From contig OZ231126.1 in the NCBI GenBank assembly GCA_965153355.1, positions 11,470,001 through 11,534,000 of the forward strand: a DNA stretch of 64,000 nt. The letters are read 5' to 3'. The translations under genes and the position numbers were made by a program. The DNA is from Flaccisagitta enflata. Taxonomy: Eukaryota. Shown piece by piece: positions 36,407 through 50,663 of the stretch (positions are counted from its first letter, which is position 1; every line of letters starts with the position of its first letter). The notes below the pieces were generated by a model. That model was not told the origin of the DNA and searched no databases. It saw nothing but the letters and a program-made list of their open reading frames with translations.

Positions 36407-39400
36407 CAGGGGTGTATAGATTTGAGCGGTCTTTGATTTCTCCCCCCCCCCCCTGGTCTTTGATTTCCTTTCCCGCCAGGGTTCGATTTTCTACCCCATA
36501 GAGTATAAATATAGTATAAATACAGTCAGAATGATGTAAAATAGTGTTGTTGTAATCACTAGATGGGGGTGAAAATTTTTTTTTTGGTCATAGAAAGATT
36601 TGCATCGGTGAAAAGTTTACTTTTTATGTCTACTTTGAGATAAAAAAAAGTTTGGGCCATATTTCTCATTTCCCTCTGGCGAGAGCACTTTTAGTTCCCC
36701 CCCTTTTTGGGGGTGCAAAGCACTTCCAAAAACAATGCAAAATTTGAGATTGTTCATTTTGTTTTCTTTGCTATTCTTTGACAAATTGGTAAAAATCCTT
36801 GGGGCTGGTCTTGTTTGAAAGATATTAAGTAGTAGAACATAAAATAAGGAGAAGTAGCTGATAGGGGTCCCTGTGGGGCCCTCCAGGGGTTCTCAAAGGG
36901 CCCCCAAATGACCAAAATAGCTGAAAATGGCTAAAAAATGAGAAGTTTTGGAGTTGTTTCTTCTCAAATGTTATTGGAGAGGACAATTTTATGTTAAGAT
37001 ACTGTCACCTGGTTTGGAGCAACAAAAAAAAAGGTCAGGGGCCCCTCAGCGATCCATACAAGGGGCCCCTAGATGCTCCAAAAGGCTTAAAACGGGCAAA
37101 AATAACCAAAATTTAAGCATTTTTATCAATTTTTTGCCATCTTTGACAATGAAGGGCCTAGTTATGTGTTTAGCTTCCCTCATCAGTGCAGTAGATTTAG
37201 ATAAGAAGGCTGAAGACCCCTGATGGGCCCATCCAGAGGACCTAAAGGACCCATAATAACCAAAAATGACCAAATCTTGACATTTTTACACTATTCTTCT
37301 TTGATACATCGTTGGACTGCACATGTTTACTGTTTATTGGATGGATGATTGATTGATTGATTGATTGTTAGATTGATTCATATGTCATATATCATACCTC
37401 AATTATCATACATCATGCAGAATATTATACTTACTAAATGGATAGGTTTTTAAGCTGCCGCTGGTCATGCTTTAATGATCAAATCTTGCAACATTATATC
37501 TTGCAATATAATGTACATTCTATAATCGTGGTTTAAAAGCTTTTGTTTTTGGTTCTGTTTTTGGCTTTGTTTCTTGTTTTTGTTTATATTTTTTGGTTTT
37601 TTTTTTCTTTTTCTTTTCTTTTCTCTAATGAACCAAGAGAGGGGGAATGATATTAAAGGTTTTGGAGTAATTTCAATACTCTCAAACTGACTCAATGTCT
37701 AGTCCTCAGGGATTTTCCCATCCCAGCCATCATTGCTCCATATTCCAGCCAAAAACAAGGCCCATGAACTTTTTTTTTAGAAATAAAGCCTGACTCTTTG
37801 ATCTCTTCCCAGGATGCAGTCTCATGAACAACATCAGTGTATGATGAGACTTGATTTTTTTAAAATCTACCAGTTCCCCATGGCAGAAAAGACGGGGTAT
37901 CCATGCCTCCAAAGAGCAAAGATATTCTTCATTCATTGCCAAGCTGGAAGAGAAATAACTTTGGATTGTCATTTCCATCTGAAATGGTGATCTCAATGTA
38001 AGACTCTTTCTGTCAAAGATATGTTGCCAGATCAGATACTGAGACAATGCCATCATATGGGGGCGTATAGGATGCCTGAAGCGGTAAAGCTTTACCAAGC
38101 TCTGACTCAGCATAATCAGATTATCTATCAGCTCTTGGCCTGGTACTTATGCAGATGCAACACTAAATTTAGATTCAGTTTATTATAAGATATAGAAGAT
38201 AATCAATCAATTATCCAACAAACAGTAAGCAAACAATCTATGAAAGATGAATAACATTAACAATGTCAAGATTTGGTCACTTTTGGCTATCACGGGTCCC
38301 ACAAGGCGTTTGTATGGGTTCAACAGGGGTCTTCAGCTTTCATTTTTATTCTTATCTAGTTCTTCTGTTTTGATGAGGGAAGCTAAACAGATAACTAGGT
38401 CCTTCATCCTCAGAACTACTTAAATTTTGGTCATTTTTTCCCGTTTTAAGCCCTTTGGAGCATCTAGGGGCCCCATGAATGGGTCCCTGAGGGGCCCCTG
38501 ACCTTTTCTTTTGATGTTCCACACCAGATGACAGTATCTTTACATGGAATTTCCCTCCCAACAACATTTGAGAAGAAACAACTCCAAAACCCTCATTTTT
38601 TGGGCTATTTTCAGCTTTTTAGGTTATTTGGGGGCCCTTTGAGGAACCCAGGAGGGCCCCACAGACATTTGAATCAATCTAACAATCAATCATTTAATCA
38701 ATCAATCAATCATCCATCCAATAAACAGTAAATAGGTGCAGTCCAACAATGTATCAAAGAAGAATAGTGTAAAAATGTCAAGATTTGGTCATTTTTAGCT
38801 ATTTTGAGTCCTTTAGGTCCTCTGGATGGGCTCATCAGGGGTCTTCAGCCTTCTTATCTAGTTCTGCTGCACTGATGAGGGAAGCTAAACAGATAACTAG
38901 GCCCTGCATTGTCAAAGAGAGCAAAAAATTGATAAAAATGCTTAAATTTTGGTCATTTTTGCCCATTTTAAGCCTTTTGGATCATCTAGGGGCCCCTTGA
39001 ATGGGTCCCTGAGGGGCCCCTGACCTTTTCTTTTGTTGCTCCAAACCAGGTGACAACATCTTAACATAAAATTGTCCTACCCAATATCGTTTGAGAAGAA
39101 ATAACTCCAAAACTTCTCATTTTTTAGCCATTTTCAGCTATTTTGGTCATTTGGGGGCCCTCTGAGGACCCCCGAAGGGCCCAACAGGGATCCCTATTAG
39201 CTACTTCTCCTTATTCTATGTTCTACTACTTAATATCTTTCAAACAAGACCAGCCCCAAGGATTTTTACCAATTTGTCAAGGAATAGCAAAGAAAACAAG
39301 ATGAACAATCTCAAATTTTGCATTGTTTTTGGTAGTGCTTTGCACCCCCAAAAAGGGGGGGAACTAAAAGTGCTCCTCGCCAGAGGGAAATGGGAAATAT

Positions 39401-39630
39401 GGCCCAAACTTTTTTTTATCTCAAAGTAGACATAAAAAGTAAACTTTTCACCGATGCAAATCTTTCTGTGACCAAAAAAAATATTTTCACCCCCATCTAG
39501 TAATCACATACTATCTTTTGGAACTGTCAAAAGAGTTTTTTATCCTTTTCCACCCTTTGATTTTCTTCCCCATCTCCAAACCCTTTTATTTTATTCCCCC
39601 CACCCAATTACTCAACTTTATACACCCCTG
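36407..39630. mobile_element. Older hAT MITE (CAGGGGTGTATA family) split by the 36560-39499 insertion
   Basis: CAGGGGTGTATA...TATACACCCCTG ends; both halves resemble the intact copy at 20354-20649; TSD not preserved. Confidence 0.7.
36560..39499. mobile_element. hAT-like non-autonomous element with ~0.8-kb TIRs
   Basis: TAGATGGGGGTGAAAAT...ATTTTCACCCCCATCTA; perfect 8-bp TSD gtaatcac at 36552-36559 and 39500-39507. Confidence 0.9.
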
Positions 39631-41347
39631 CTAGAATTATTAGAAGTTGGTCTGTCTATCAAAATATCTGTCCCTCATCTATCACACACATTCAGCGCAA
39701 CCATCACACAGTGTCTCAGTCTGGACCCATTGTTGCCCGATCGGGCGTATCATCTTTTACAATCGATCTGAAAAAAAAGCCAATTCTTTAGTCTTCATAA
39801 GGATTAGTGAGAGAAGCAACGTGCCAAGGCTCTTTTTTAGTCGCGTGCTACGCGACTCTACACCCTGCTTTGTCGGTCGGTGCGTCCGTTGGTCCGTCCG
39901 TCGGTCCGTCCTTCGGTCCGTCCATCACACTTTGACTTTTTCGGCGTTTGTGGGTTTTTTGGTCATGCTGCTCCTGCCCAAATGCTCCACTGACCCCAAA
40001 TATGGTCTCTGCCCACCCACACGCAACTGCGGCAGCCGTTTATCCGGCCTTTTTAGTCGCGGACTAGCTACTCTATAAGAGGCTTTGTCCGTCCGTCCGT
40101 CCGTTGGTCGGTCGGTCGGTCGGTCGGTCCGTGGTGATCGAGTTGGAAAGTTTGAAAACACGCATTTCCGCCCCTGCCCACCCGTCTGCGACTGGTATTG
40201 GCCGTGTATCCGGCCTTGTTTATGTCAGAGCCCAGAGGCCGACATTTGTTACGAGCGTGAGGCCCTCAACCCAAATAAAAAGAACCATTTTTCATTCAAT
40301 ACTTTTATTTTTCAAGAAACAGAAACAAACATGGTTTTGCATGTAGCAATGCATAATTGCAACGTGAGTATTGTTCTTCATAAATCACATTTCAAACCAA
40401 GATATAGCATCTTGATGAACTATTTAAATTACTTTTTTGATATTATCAAATAAAAGGTAAGTCCAGTTATTAAATAAGCAAAAATTCTTTTGGACTGACC
40501 ATCAGCATTGGGAAATTCAAAATGGAAAACTTAAATCATCACAAAAAAAACGGCCTTATTAGAGGATGCGCTTAAGCGAGATTCGACTGTATTTTCAAAT
40601 GATGACATAAGTTTGAAGATATTCTGCAATAAGCAATTGTCGTCCGTAATAAAGCAATTTCATGGTAAGTGACAAAGATGATTTAAGTTAAGAAAACACA
40701 AGCGGGAGACGATAATGACAACAGCAAAAGAAAAAGAATTATAATATCCGCCCAATCAAATTCTCAGTAGATCCTGATGCACAATTTATTTAATGGCCAA
40801 ACGATTAATTCGCTAAATTTGCTGAATCTAATCAAATTTCGATGATATCGTACCATTTTTTGCACCACCTCCTTTGTCTCTCCATTCCGTCTACTGCCCA
40901 CCAATTTTAGCCTTGATAAAAATTAACTGTTTTATGTTGCTCAAAAATTAACTGTTTTATGTTGCTGTTTTATGCAGCTCTATAAGAAGCTTTGTCCGTC
41001 CGTAGGTCAGTTATTCCGTCCATTGGTCCGTCTGTCGAAAATACAAAAAAAGGCGCATCTATGATGCGCAGTTGGTATTGTGTATGTGTGAGGATGAATG
41101 TGTTGTAGGGGGTTGGGATGGAGTTGGGGTGAGGCTGTGTCCCCTGCCCACCCGTCCGTAACGATAGTGTGACCCCGCGTCAATCAAATCAGTCCGCTAT
41201 ATTCCCAGAGAAATTACAAACGTCGAAAGTAGCGAGTCATAGACAAAGAAGAGAGCCGAAAGAGCGGAGATTACATCAACGACAAAAAATCACGACTTAA
41301 AACAACAACAAAACAAAACAAGTTTAAATTAGTTAAGAACATAAAAA

Positions 41348-41993
<646 letters not shown>

Positions 41994-42523
41994 CTGAACA
42001 GAGGTATCAATGAACAAACAAATGAATGAATGAATGAATGAATGAATGAATGAATGAATGAATGAATGAATGAATGAATGAATGAATGAATGAATGATAA
42101 GATGAAGCACTTTCATCCAATCTTGACGCTCTTCCCATGATGTGGCCGACAACCAGAACAACGAAATGAATGAATGAATGAATGAAGAAAAGAGTAGTTG
42201 AATGAATGAATGAATGAATGAATGAATGAATGAATGAATGAATGAATGAATGAATGAATGAATGACTGAATTAAATCATTACACTCTTCGCATGAAGTGG
42301 CCGACAACCTGAACATAGGAATCAATGAACAAATGAATGAATAATTGAATAACTGAAAAAAATGAATGAATGAATAGATAAATGAATGATTGAAGAAATG
42401 AATGAATGGATGGATGGATGAATGATTGTTTGAACGAAAAAATGACTGAAAGGATGCCGACACACTTCCCATGAAGTAGCTGAACTGCTTCGGAATGAAA
42501 CGAAGTTCTTGTATTAAGGCTGA

Positions 42524-43155
42524 TTTGCATAATGCAGTTCAATCAATGTCATTGAATTGACAGACAGAATATTTAGAAAAGAACTTTTTCAATCGGAGCT
42601 TAAAGACTAAAGAGTGATTCCTTAAGCCTGAGCGAAGAAAGGAGCTAAGAATTCAAAAGAAAACACATAATCATAACTTTCAATGGCTAAAAAGTCAAAA
42701 AATCATCGGCTCGATCCCTATCAAACATTACAGAGCAAATTTCCGATTTGTAAGTGAAATGTGAAAAAAAAAAAAATGAAATGTGAATATTCTATACCCA
42801 CACATGCCGCACTGATCCGTCGATGGTCACGAGGAGTGGGCCCTTGCCTTGCGCCCCCATCGATTTTACCTCATAGCACTGTCGTTCACCTACTCGGCAA
42901 CTCCACCGGCCTTGGATGCAGAGCAAGACCTACTACCCCCAACCCTCCTCCCTATTTATCTTTATTCTGCTCGGAAGATTGGATAAACCAGGCTCTAAAG
43001 GGGAAGGGAATGGGCTGAACGGATGAATGACCTTAGAAATTAAATTTTTCTACGATGAAGAAATGCAAATCATGTTAATCGTGCACGTGTGTATTATTGA
43101 AATAATGAATTATGTTCTCGGGAAACTTTGGGACTGACTCCGAAACTCTGATAGT
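42524..43155. repeat. 632-bp sequence, copy 1 (inverted copy at 45061-45692)
   Basis: Same length; no mismatch seen in the segments compared; identical 85-aa spurious ORFs on opposite strands in the ORF track. Confidence 0.9.
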
Positions 43156-43231
43156 CCAATTCATTGCATGTTTTTACAACCTTAGGATAAAGATTAAGAT
43201 CAGATTGCAATCTCGATTATTTCCTGCTCAT

Positions 43232-43291
<60 letters not shown>

Positions 43292-43729
43292 ATGTTCTCC
43301 TTGTTTATTCTGTTGCTTAGCAACCGCTACTCGAGAAAAGGAATCAGAAACGCTGCGGCTTCAAATAGATAATTTCAATGCCAATGGAGGAAGAGCTCTA
43401 CTTGGGGTTCTAGAAGATGATTACCTTACTTAGATGATACTAACACAGAAAAACTAACTCATTTGCTAGCTACCTGATATATGATACTATTTTCGAGTTA
43501 CCCAATAACTGCTTTCTGAGCACCTTCTTATTAAAAAAAGATCAACGGTTTCTCCGCATCGCAGAGACCACAAATAAAAAACATAACTTCAAATGTAAAA
43601 AAGAAAACAACAAAAAGCAAACACCCTACCAAAAAAATGCAAAATGATGATTATGTAGCTGTCAAACTGTGATCTAGAGAAAAAAGGAAATTCTTGAGAA
43701 AAAAACGACGTTCAGAAATTAAGAAAAAA

Positions 43730-44236
43730 ATGCCGGATAAACCGGAAGACGGCAAAAACGGCGAAGACGCTGAAAACGCCGGAAATGATGGAAAAGGCGG
43801 AAGTGCCGGAAATGAAGGCGATGACGACGGAAGAACGGAAGTGGATTCCGCCGTCGGCACTCTCATCTCGGTGTTGACGGAAAGTGCCGTCAGAGGAGGA
43901 AGAGCGGGAGAAGGAGGAGAAGAAGGAGGAGGGGATGGAGAAAGAGAAGAAGCAGGTGAGGAAGTGTCTGAAGCTGATCAGTCGAAACCAGATGCAACAG
44001 CGGAAACGGATGACGATAAAAATGCGGATGAGGTTCCAAAAAATGACATTGATACAACGGCAAAGAACGTTGCTGTTGCTTCGCCAGCTGCAGCAACAGC
44101 GAAAACAACGGCGGCAGCAACCGCGGCTGCGGAATCTACAGTGATTTCCACATTAACAACAACAACGATGACATCTTCAACGACAACAACAAACGCAGGC
44201 GAAGCGACTTTTTCGACGCACGCATCTATAGAACAG
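43730..44236 (+). CDS. FHAD1: FHAD1-like coiled-coil protein exon 1 (acidic, Gly/Ala/Thr-rich N-terminus)
   Basis: ATG at 43730 (MPDKPEDG), 169 codons, CAG|gtacat donor, in phase with exon 2. Confidence 0.7.
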
Positions 44237-44525
44237 GTACATAAACGTGAGCGTGTGTAGTTATTTGGCGGACGAATTTAGAATTATGACCCAAATATAC
44301 CCTTCAAGTAACCAGCCGAAGTATGCATCAGACAGTGTGTCTGTCTGTTTTTCTCTCTGTCCGTCTGATTGTTTCCTTGTCTGTCTGTCTGTCTGTCTAT
44401 CTGTCTAAGACTAAGTGCTTGTCTGTACGTTTGTGTTTGTGTGTTTCTGGGCATATGTCACGATACGTACCTGTCTTAATTTTTCTATCAACAATTTGCA
44501 AAATCGCCCCCTTTTCCCCTACAAG

Positions 44526-44833
44526 GTGATGATAAAATCGTTGATGGAGCGGAATTCCGAATTGGAACAGGAATTGGCGGAAGCTCAGCGGAAAGCGGAA
44601 GAAATGAGTCGCAAAGCGGAAGATTTCCGACGGACGAAAGATTCGGAAATTATTTTGGCGAAACGACTGAAGGAATTGGAAGCGGAAGCGGAAGAGTTGG
44701 CAGCGGAAAAAGACAGAGCCATCGCTGCCGCGGAAGAATGTCATAGAGAAGAATTAATCGGTTACAAAGAACAAATACGACAACACTCTTTGACTATTGT
44801 GGCTATGGAAGATAGAGTATCAAGGGCTAACAG
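44526..44833 (+). CDS. FHAD1: FHAD1-like exon 2 (VMIKSLMERNSELEQEL...EQIRQHSLTIVAMEDRV)
   Basis: cctacaag acceptor, AG|gtaaat donor (phase 2); coiled coil with a QHS.TIV.MEDR motif recalled from FHAD1. Confidence 0.85.
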
Positions 44834-44848
44834 GTAAATGAGAACAGA

Positions 44849-44887
<39 letters not shown>

Positions 44888-44922
44888 CGACAACGACAAC
44901 AACGACAACGACAACGACTATC

Positions 44923-44956
<34 letters not shown>

Positions 44957-44958
44957 TG

Positions 44959-45042
<84 letters not shown>

Positions 45043-45060
45043 GCAACAAAAACAACAACA

Positions 45061-45689
45061 ACTATCAGAGTTTCGGAGTCAGTCCCAAAGTTTCCCGAGA
45101 ACATAATTCATTATTTCAATAATACACACGTGCACGATTAACATGATTTGCATTTCTTCATCGTAGAAAAATTTAATTTCTAAGGTCATTCATCCGTTCA
45201 GCCCATTCCCTTCCCCTTTAGAGCCTGGTTTATCCAATCTTCCGAGCAGAATAAAGATAAATAGGGAGGAGGGTTGGGGGTAGTAGGTCTTGCTCTGCAT
45301 CCAAGGCCGGTGGAGTTGCCGAGTAGGTGAACGACAGTGCTATGAGGTAAAATCGATGGGGGCGCAAGGCAAGGGCCCACTCCTCGTGACCATCGACGGA
45401 TCAGTGCGGCATGTGTGGGTATAGAATATTCACATTTCATTTTTTTTTTTTTCACATTTCACTTACAAATCGGAAATTTGCTCTGTAATGTTTGATAGGG
45501 ATCGAGCCGATGATTTTTTGACTTTTTAGCCATTGAAAGTTATGATTATGTGTTTTCTTTTGAATTCTTAGCTCCTTTCTTCGCTCAGGCTTAAGGAATC
45601 ACTCTTTAGTCTTTAAGCTCCGATTGAAAAAGTTCTTTTCTAAATATTCTGTCTGTCAATTCAATGACATTGATTGAACTGCATTATGC

Positions 45690-45692
<3 letters not shown>
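45061..45692. repeat. 632-bp sequence, copy 2 (inverted), splitting a (CAA)n array in FHAD1-like intron 2
   Basis: Reverse complement of 42524-43155; (CAA)n on both sides. Confidence 0.9.
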
Positions 45693-45740
<48 letters not shown>

Positions 45741-45781
45741 CGACGACGACGACAACGTTAACAACAACAACAACCACAACA

Positions 45782-45910
<129 letters not shown>

Positions 45911-46061
45911 TCACCAAAAATGACAAGAATTACAAGAATAACAACGAAAGCAAAAAAAGAACTTCTTATGCTGCTTTAGCTCTTTCCATGCCCCTCAAGC
46001 CAATTTCATGTATATCTTTCCCACAGCATCTCAAGTTTCCAAGGAAGATCAAAGAGACCAT

Positions 46062-46119
<58 letters not shown>

Positions 46120-47168
46120 TTTTCAGTTATCACCGACCATCTCTCCTTTTCCCTTCCCCTTTTTTTCTGACCAAAGAAAACAACAACACGCAATCTACAA
46201 CAAAGATAATGTACAGGAAATGCTGCAGCCGTTTTCATTTAAGGCTGATTGCAATCCCATTTCTTCCTCTTTACTCTCACTGGAGGCCCTTTCTTTATGT
46301 TTGTTTGACCCGAGGGCAAAGTCAAGGAGAATCTATTTCCACGATCCGTTTCATCCTTCCCTTCTCTGTTTCCGCTTCTTGCCTCCAAGCCCCTCCCCCC
46401 TATCCTGGATGCAGAAATTTAACATTTATGGAGCAACAAGCTTTTTTGTATTTTTCACCTGTCTCGCGATTTTCCGTGCCGATTAAGTAACTTTCAGAAG
46501 AGCGCGTAAAGGTGCCATGCCGCATGGAAGGGAATGGGATATGATAAGACGGTGAAAACAGAAAGGAAAGCCAAAGAAATGAATTAAACTAAACGAAACT
46601 TTGAGAAATTTACGAGAAGAAATTAAGTCTGTATCCAAGACCTAATTTGCATATTGCAGTATAAATGATCGTACTATCTTGATGGATGAAGATGTACTTT
46701 CAATATTAATGAGGCAAAACTCATCATCAATTTAGTTTAGACGCATGAGAAAAGTATTCAAGGTGGTTCTATTTCGTCATTAACCGGGGGTATCATCACG
46801 GATCTAGTTGTTATGATCTTTGACATGGATAATGTCTTTCCGTAAATTCATTAACTTTAGAATCCCTCCCACATGCGAAGTTTTCAGTAGTGATACTCCT
46901 CAGGTTTGTGAAATGACACAGTGAGGTTGGGCAGATAACTTGGGCGCTACCCGTATCAAGAGTCTCTCTTGAGAGCTGCCGCGACTTTGTCCTCCGACCT
47001 TTTAGGAATCGAGAACGGGCACTAAATAAATGCTGCCATCAAGACCGCTGGATACGCTAATCAGTTCATCAGTATTCACCCTGATTATCTTCCCTTTTCC
47101 CTCACACACCCCTTCCACAAACATTTCCATCCGCCCCTTCCACCCTCCCCCCCTACTCCCCCTCTCAG

Positions 47169-47514
47169 ACAAAGTCAAGAGCAAGCAGCCGAGATGGAAG
47201 AACGATTCAACGAAATTTCGGCGCTCGAGGCCAAAATCCGTCAACTGGAAGAGGAAAAGGAAAATCATGCGCTGGAGGCGTCCGCAGACTCGGAAGCCAT
47301 GAAGAGACTCTCGGGCAGAGGAGGAGGAGGAGGAGGAGGAGGAGGAGGAGGAGGAGGAGGAGTTGATGGAAGCATCGATTACACGGCCAAAGACATTTAT
47401 GCCATGGAACAACTCATTCTGTTGTTGAGGAGAGAAACGGCGGATTTCAAAGTGGCTTTGAAGGAGAGAGACGAGACGATTGTGGGCATGAGGAAGGATC
47501 TACAAGGGGCCCAG
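47169..47514 (+). CDS. FHAD1: FHAD1-like exon 3
   Basis: cctctcag acceptor (phase 2), CAG|gtgagg donor; coiled coil ending MRKDLQGAQ. Confidence 0.85.
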
Positions 47515-47566
47515 GTGAGGATGATGGTGATGATGATGATGGTGATGGTGATGGTGATGGTGATGG

Positions 47567-47679
<113 letters not shown>

Positions 47680-47704
47680 GTGGTGATGAAGATAATGGTA
47701 ATAG

Positions 47705-47776
<72 letters not shown>

Positions 47777-48109
47777 CGATGATGATGATGATGGTAATGG
47801 TAATGGACCATTACTAATAATGATGGTGATGGCGATGATGGTGATTATGATGATGAGTTGATATCGATGATGATGATAAAAACGTTGATGATAATGATGA
47901 CAATGGTGGTGGTGATGATAATGCCATCATTTTGCTAGATTGATATTTATGATGGCTGAAATTATGGATTTCATGAAAGTGATGAATCGATGATGATGAG
48001 CGTGATGTAGACAATTTTACAATGATGGTGAGGTAAATGATCAAAAAAGAAGCAACAACGAAGACAACGTTATCCCGCACATTTTCTTCTCCCTCCCCTC
48101 CTTCCAAAG

Positions 48110-48592
48110 GCCAAACTATCGGACATGACGGGCGAATTATCGGAAGAACAAAAACTCTTCATAGAAGACTTACAATCATTGGCTGAAACACAAAGAGCCG
48201 ACTTGGTATCAGCCAATCAGAAACTTAGTTCTCTCTCGACGGCAGTGGAAACGCAAACCAAAGAAATTTCCAGTTTAAATTCGGAATTAACACAAAAATC
48301 GAATCACATCTCGAAACTCGAAAACCGCCTTCAAGAATCAGAAGCGAAAAACGAATCCTTGAAGGCGGAAGTCGAAACGCTTCGTCAAGCGAAAGCCGCC
48401 CTCGAGGCCGCGGCGGAGGAGAATCAGACGCTGACGAAAGAGTTGGCGAATCTCGGGGCGCAGTGTCGAGGAGAACGTCATAGCCACGTGATACAGAGGC
48501 AAAGAGAAGCGTTGAGTGAGATGAGGAACAAGATAAGGACGTTGGAGTCAACGAGGCCGCCAACGCTGGACAGGGAAGAAGCGCTACAGCAG
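48110..48592 (+). CDS. FHAD1: FHAD1-like exon 4 (AKLSDMTGELSEEQK...LGAQCRGERHSHVIQRQREALSEMRNKIRTLE)
   Basis: ccaaag acceptor, CAG|gtgatt donor; the LSDM.GELSE.QK and G..C.G.RH..VIQRQ..ALSE.R..I..LE motifs are characteristic of the FHAD1 C-terminal half. Confidence 0.9.
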
Positions 48593-48644
48593 GTGATTAA
48601 GGAAGGACTGATTCGGAAGGCGTTGTTGTTGTTTTTGTTTTCGA

Positions 48645-48724
<80 letters not shown>

Positions 48725-49362
48725 CTGTTGTTGTTTTGGTTGTTGTTGAGTATCTTGTTGATTTTAGGCAGCAGCCCCTTTCGGAATTTGACTACCAAAA
48801 TTACCTTTTAAAAAGGTTTTAGTATCCACTGTTTGAATTTTGAAAACCTTATTTACATATGGCAGTTACAATGATGGCTCTATGTAACTGATGAAGCCTG
48901 TTGAATGAAGTAAGCGCTGATTCATCGATACAGTAAATTGATATCTATCATAGCGGGCAGGAAGCTATAAAGTTGATAATCGTTGAAAGAGAAACCTCGG
49001 CGCTAGATGTTGTTGACGGTAAAGTGACATTCACTAATACTGCTCCATTAATACTTTATTGTGATTTATACAAAGAAGATTACTTAGATTTCCAAGATTT
49101 TCAATAACCCTTCTGGATTACCTTCTGGGGGGCATTTTTAAAAGGCAGGGGAGCTGCTCCGCCTGGCAATGACAGGTCCCACAAAAGACTGTTACGTTAA
49201 ACAGCTTTCTTGGCTTACTTCTCAAAGTTGCGATTCTTAAGCGCGGATTATCGGAACTTCGCGCTCAACAAGCAGTCGCAGACAACAAGAGTTTGGAGAG
49301 AGTCATTTCATAGAATGAGATTTTTAACAATGTCAATGAGCTCCTTTGTCTCACTTTCTCAG

Positions 49363-49510
49363 GTTGCGATTTTGAAACGTGAATTATCGGAGCTTCGCGC
49401 TCAACAAGCAGTCGCAGACAACAAGAGTTTGGAAAGAGTCATTGCCAACGAGATTTTTAACAAGAAACTCATCAACGAAGATGATAAGAAGAAAACCAAG
49501 AATGGAAACG
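49363..49510 (+). CDS. FHAD1: FHAD1-like exon 5 (VAILKRELSELRAQQAVADNKSLERV...)
   Basis: ctttctcag acceptor, G|gtgagg donor (phase 1). Confidence 0.8.
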
Positions 49511-49986
49511 GTGAGGTTTTTTTTTTTTCAAGAAAAGCGTCACTTCGCTTTTATTGCTTTGACAATAACGAAATCTAAGCAATTTCTTCTCTTACTTCTT
49601 AACCTCCTCACTTTCTTCATCCTCCTTCTACTCCTCTTTCCCCTCCCTCCCCTCTACCTTCTTTTTCTTTTTCTTCTTCTTCTTCTTCTTCTTCTTCTTC
49701 TTCTTCTTCTTCTTCTTCTTCTTCTTCTTCTTCTTCTTCTTCTTCTTCTTCTTCTTCTTCTTTTTCTTCCTCTTCTTTTTCTTCTTCCACTACAACTACT
49801 ACCACTTTATCTTCCTCTTTTCCCTCCCTCCCCTCTTCCTTCCTTTCTTCTTCTTCTTTTTCTTTTTCTTTTTCTTTTTCTTTTTCTTTTTCTTTTTCTT
49901 TTTCTTTTTCTTTTTCTTCTTCTTCTTCTTCTTCTTCTTTTTCTTCTTCCACTACAACTACTACCACTGTTTCTTCCCTTCTTCAG

Positions 49987-50245
49987 ATTCCCCCTCCTCC
50001 ATAGACGCCGCTTTAGTGACTGATCGCGCCGAGATGCTCACGTCCGTCGCTTCGGCCACTCGCGCCGATCTGGAGATGGAAAAGGCGGCGCATCGGGAAA
50101 CGATTCACGCTTTGGAAACCAGCGAAAGAACTTATTTCAACATCGTCAGAGGAACGACTTCTATACTCGATTTAGACGCGGCCACGGCGCTCAAATCGAT
50201 GGGCTACGTCGCCAGAGAAGAGAGGGAGAAGTTGTTTAAAGATAG
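49987..50245 (+). CDS. FHAD1: FHAD1-like exon 6 (...ATRADLEMEKAAHRETIHALETSERTYFNIVRG...)
   Basis: cttcttcag acceptor (phase 1), AG|gtgag donor (phase 2). Confidence 0.85.
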
Positions 50246-50663
50246 GTGAGTAGGAAGAGTGATTGAAAAAAGGGAGAAGTTGTTTAAAGATAGGTGAGTA
50301 ACAAGATTGATTGAAAAGAGGGAGAAGTTGTTTAAAGATAGGTGAGGTAGAAGAGGGATAGAAGAGAGGGAGAAGTTATTTTAAGATAGGTGAGTAAGAA
50401 GAGTGATTGAAAAGAGGGAGCAGTTGTTTAAAGATAGGTGAGTAAGAAGAGGGATAGAAGAGAGGGAGAAGTTATTTAAAGATAGGTGAGTAAGAAGAGG
50501 GATTGAAGAAAGGGAGAAGTTGTGTAAAGATAGGTAAAAAGAGGGATGGGAGAGAGAGAAGTTATTTAAAGATTGGTGAGTGAGACGAGGGAGAAGTTGT
50601 TTAAAGATAGGTAAGAAAAGGGATAGAAGAGAGGGTGAAGTCATTTAAGGACAGGGGTCATTT

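Noticed and set aside
42761-43018. 85-aa ORF present twice (also 45198-45455)
   Set aside because: A consequence of the 632-bp inverted duplication; no recognisable protein, and no hammerhead core (CUGANGA...GAAA) found.
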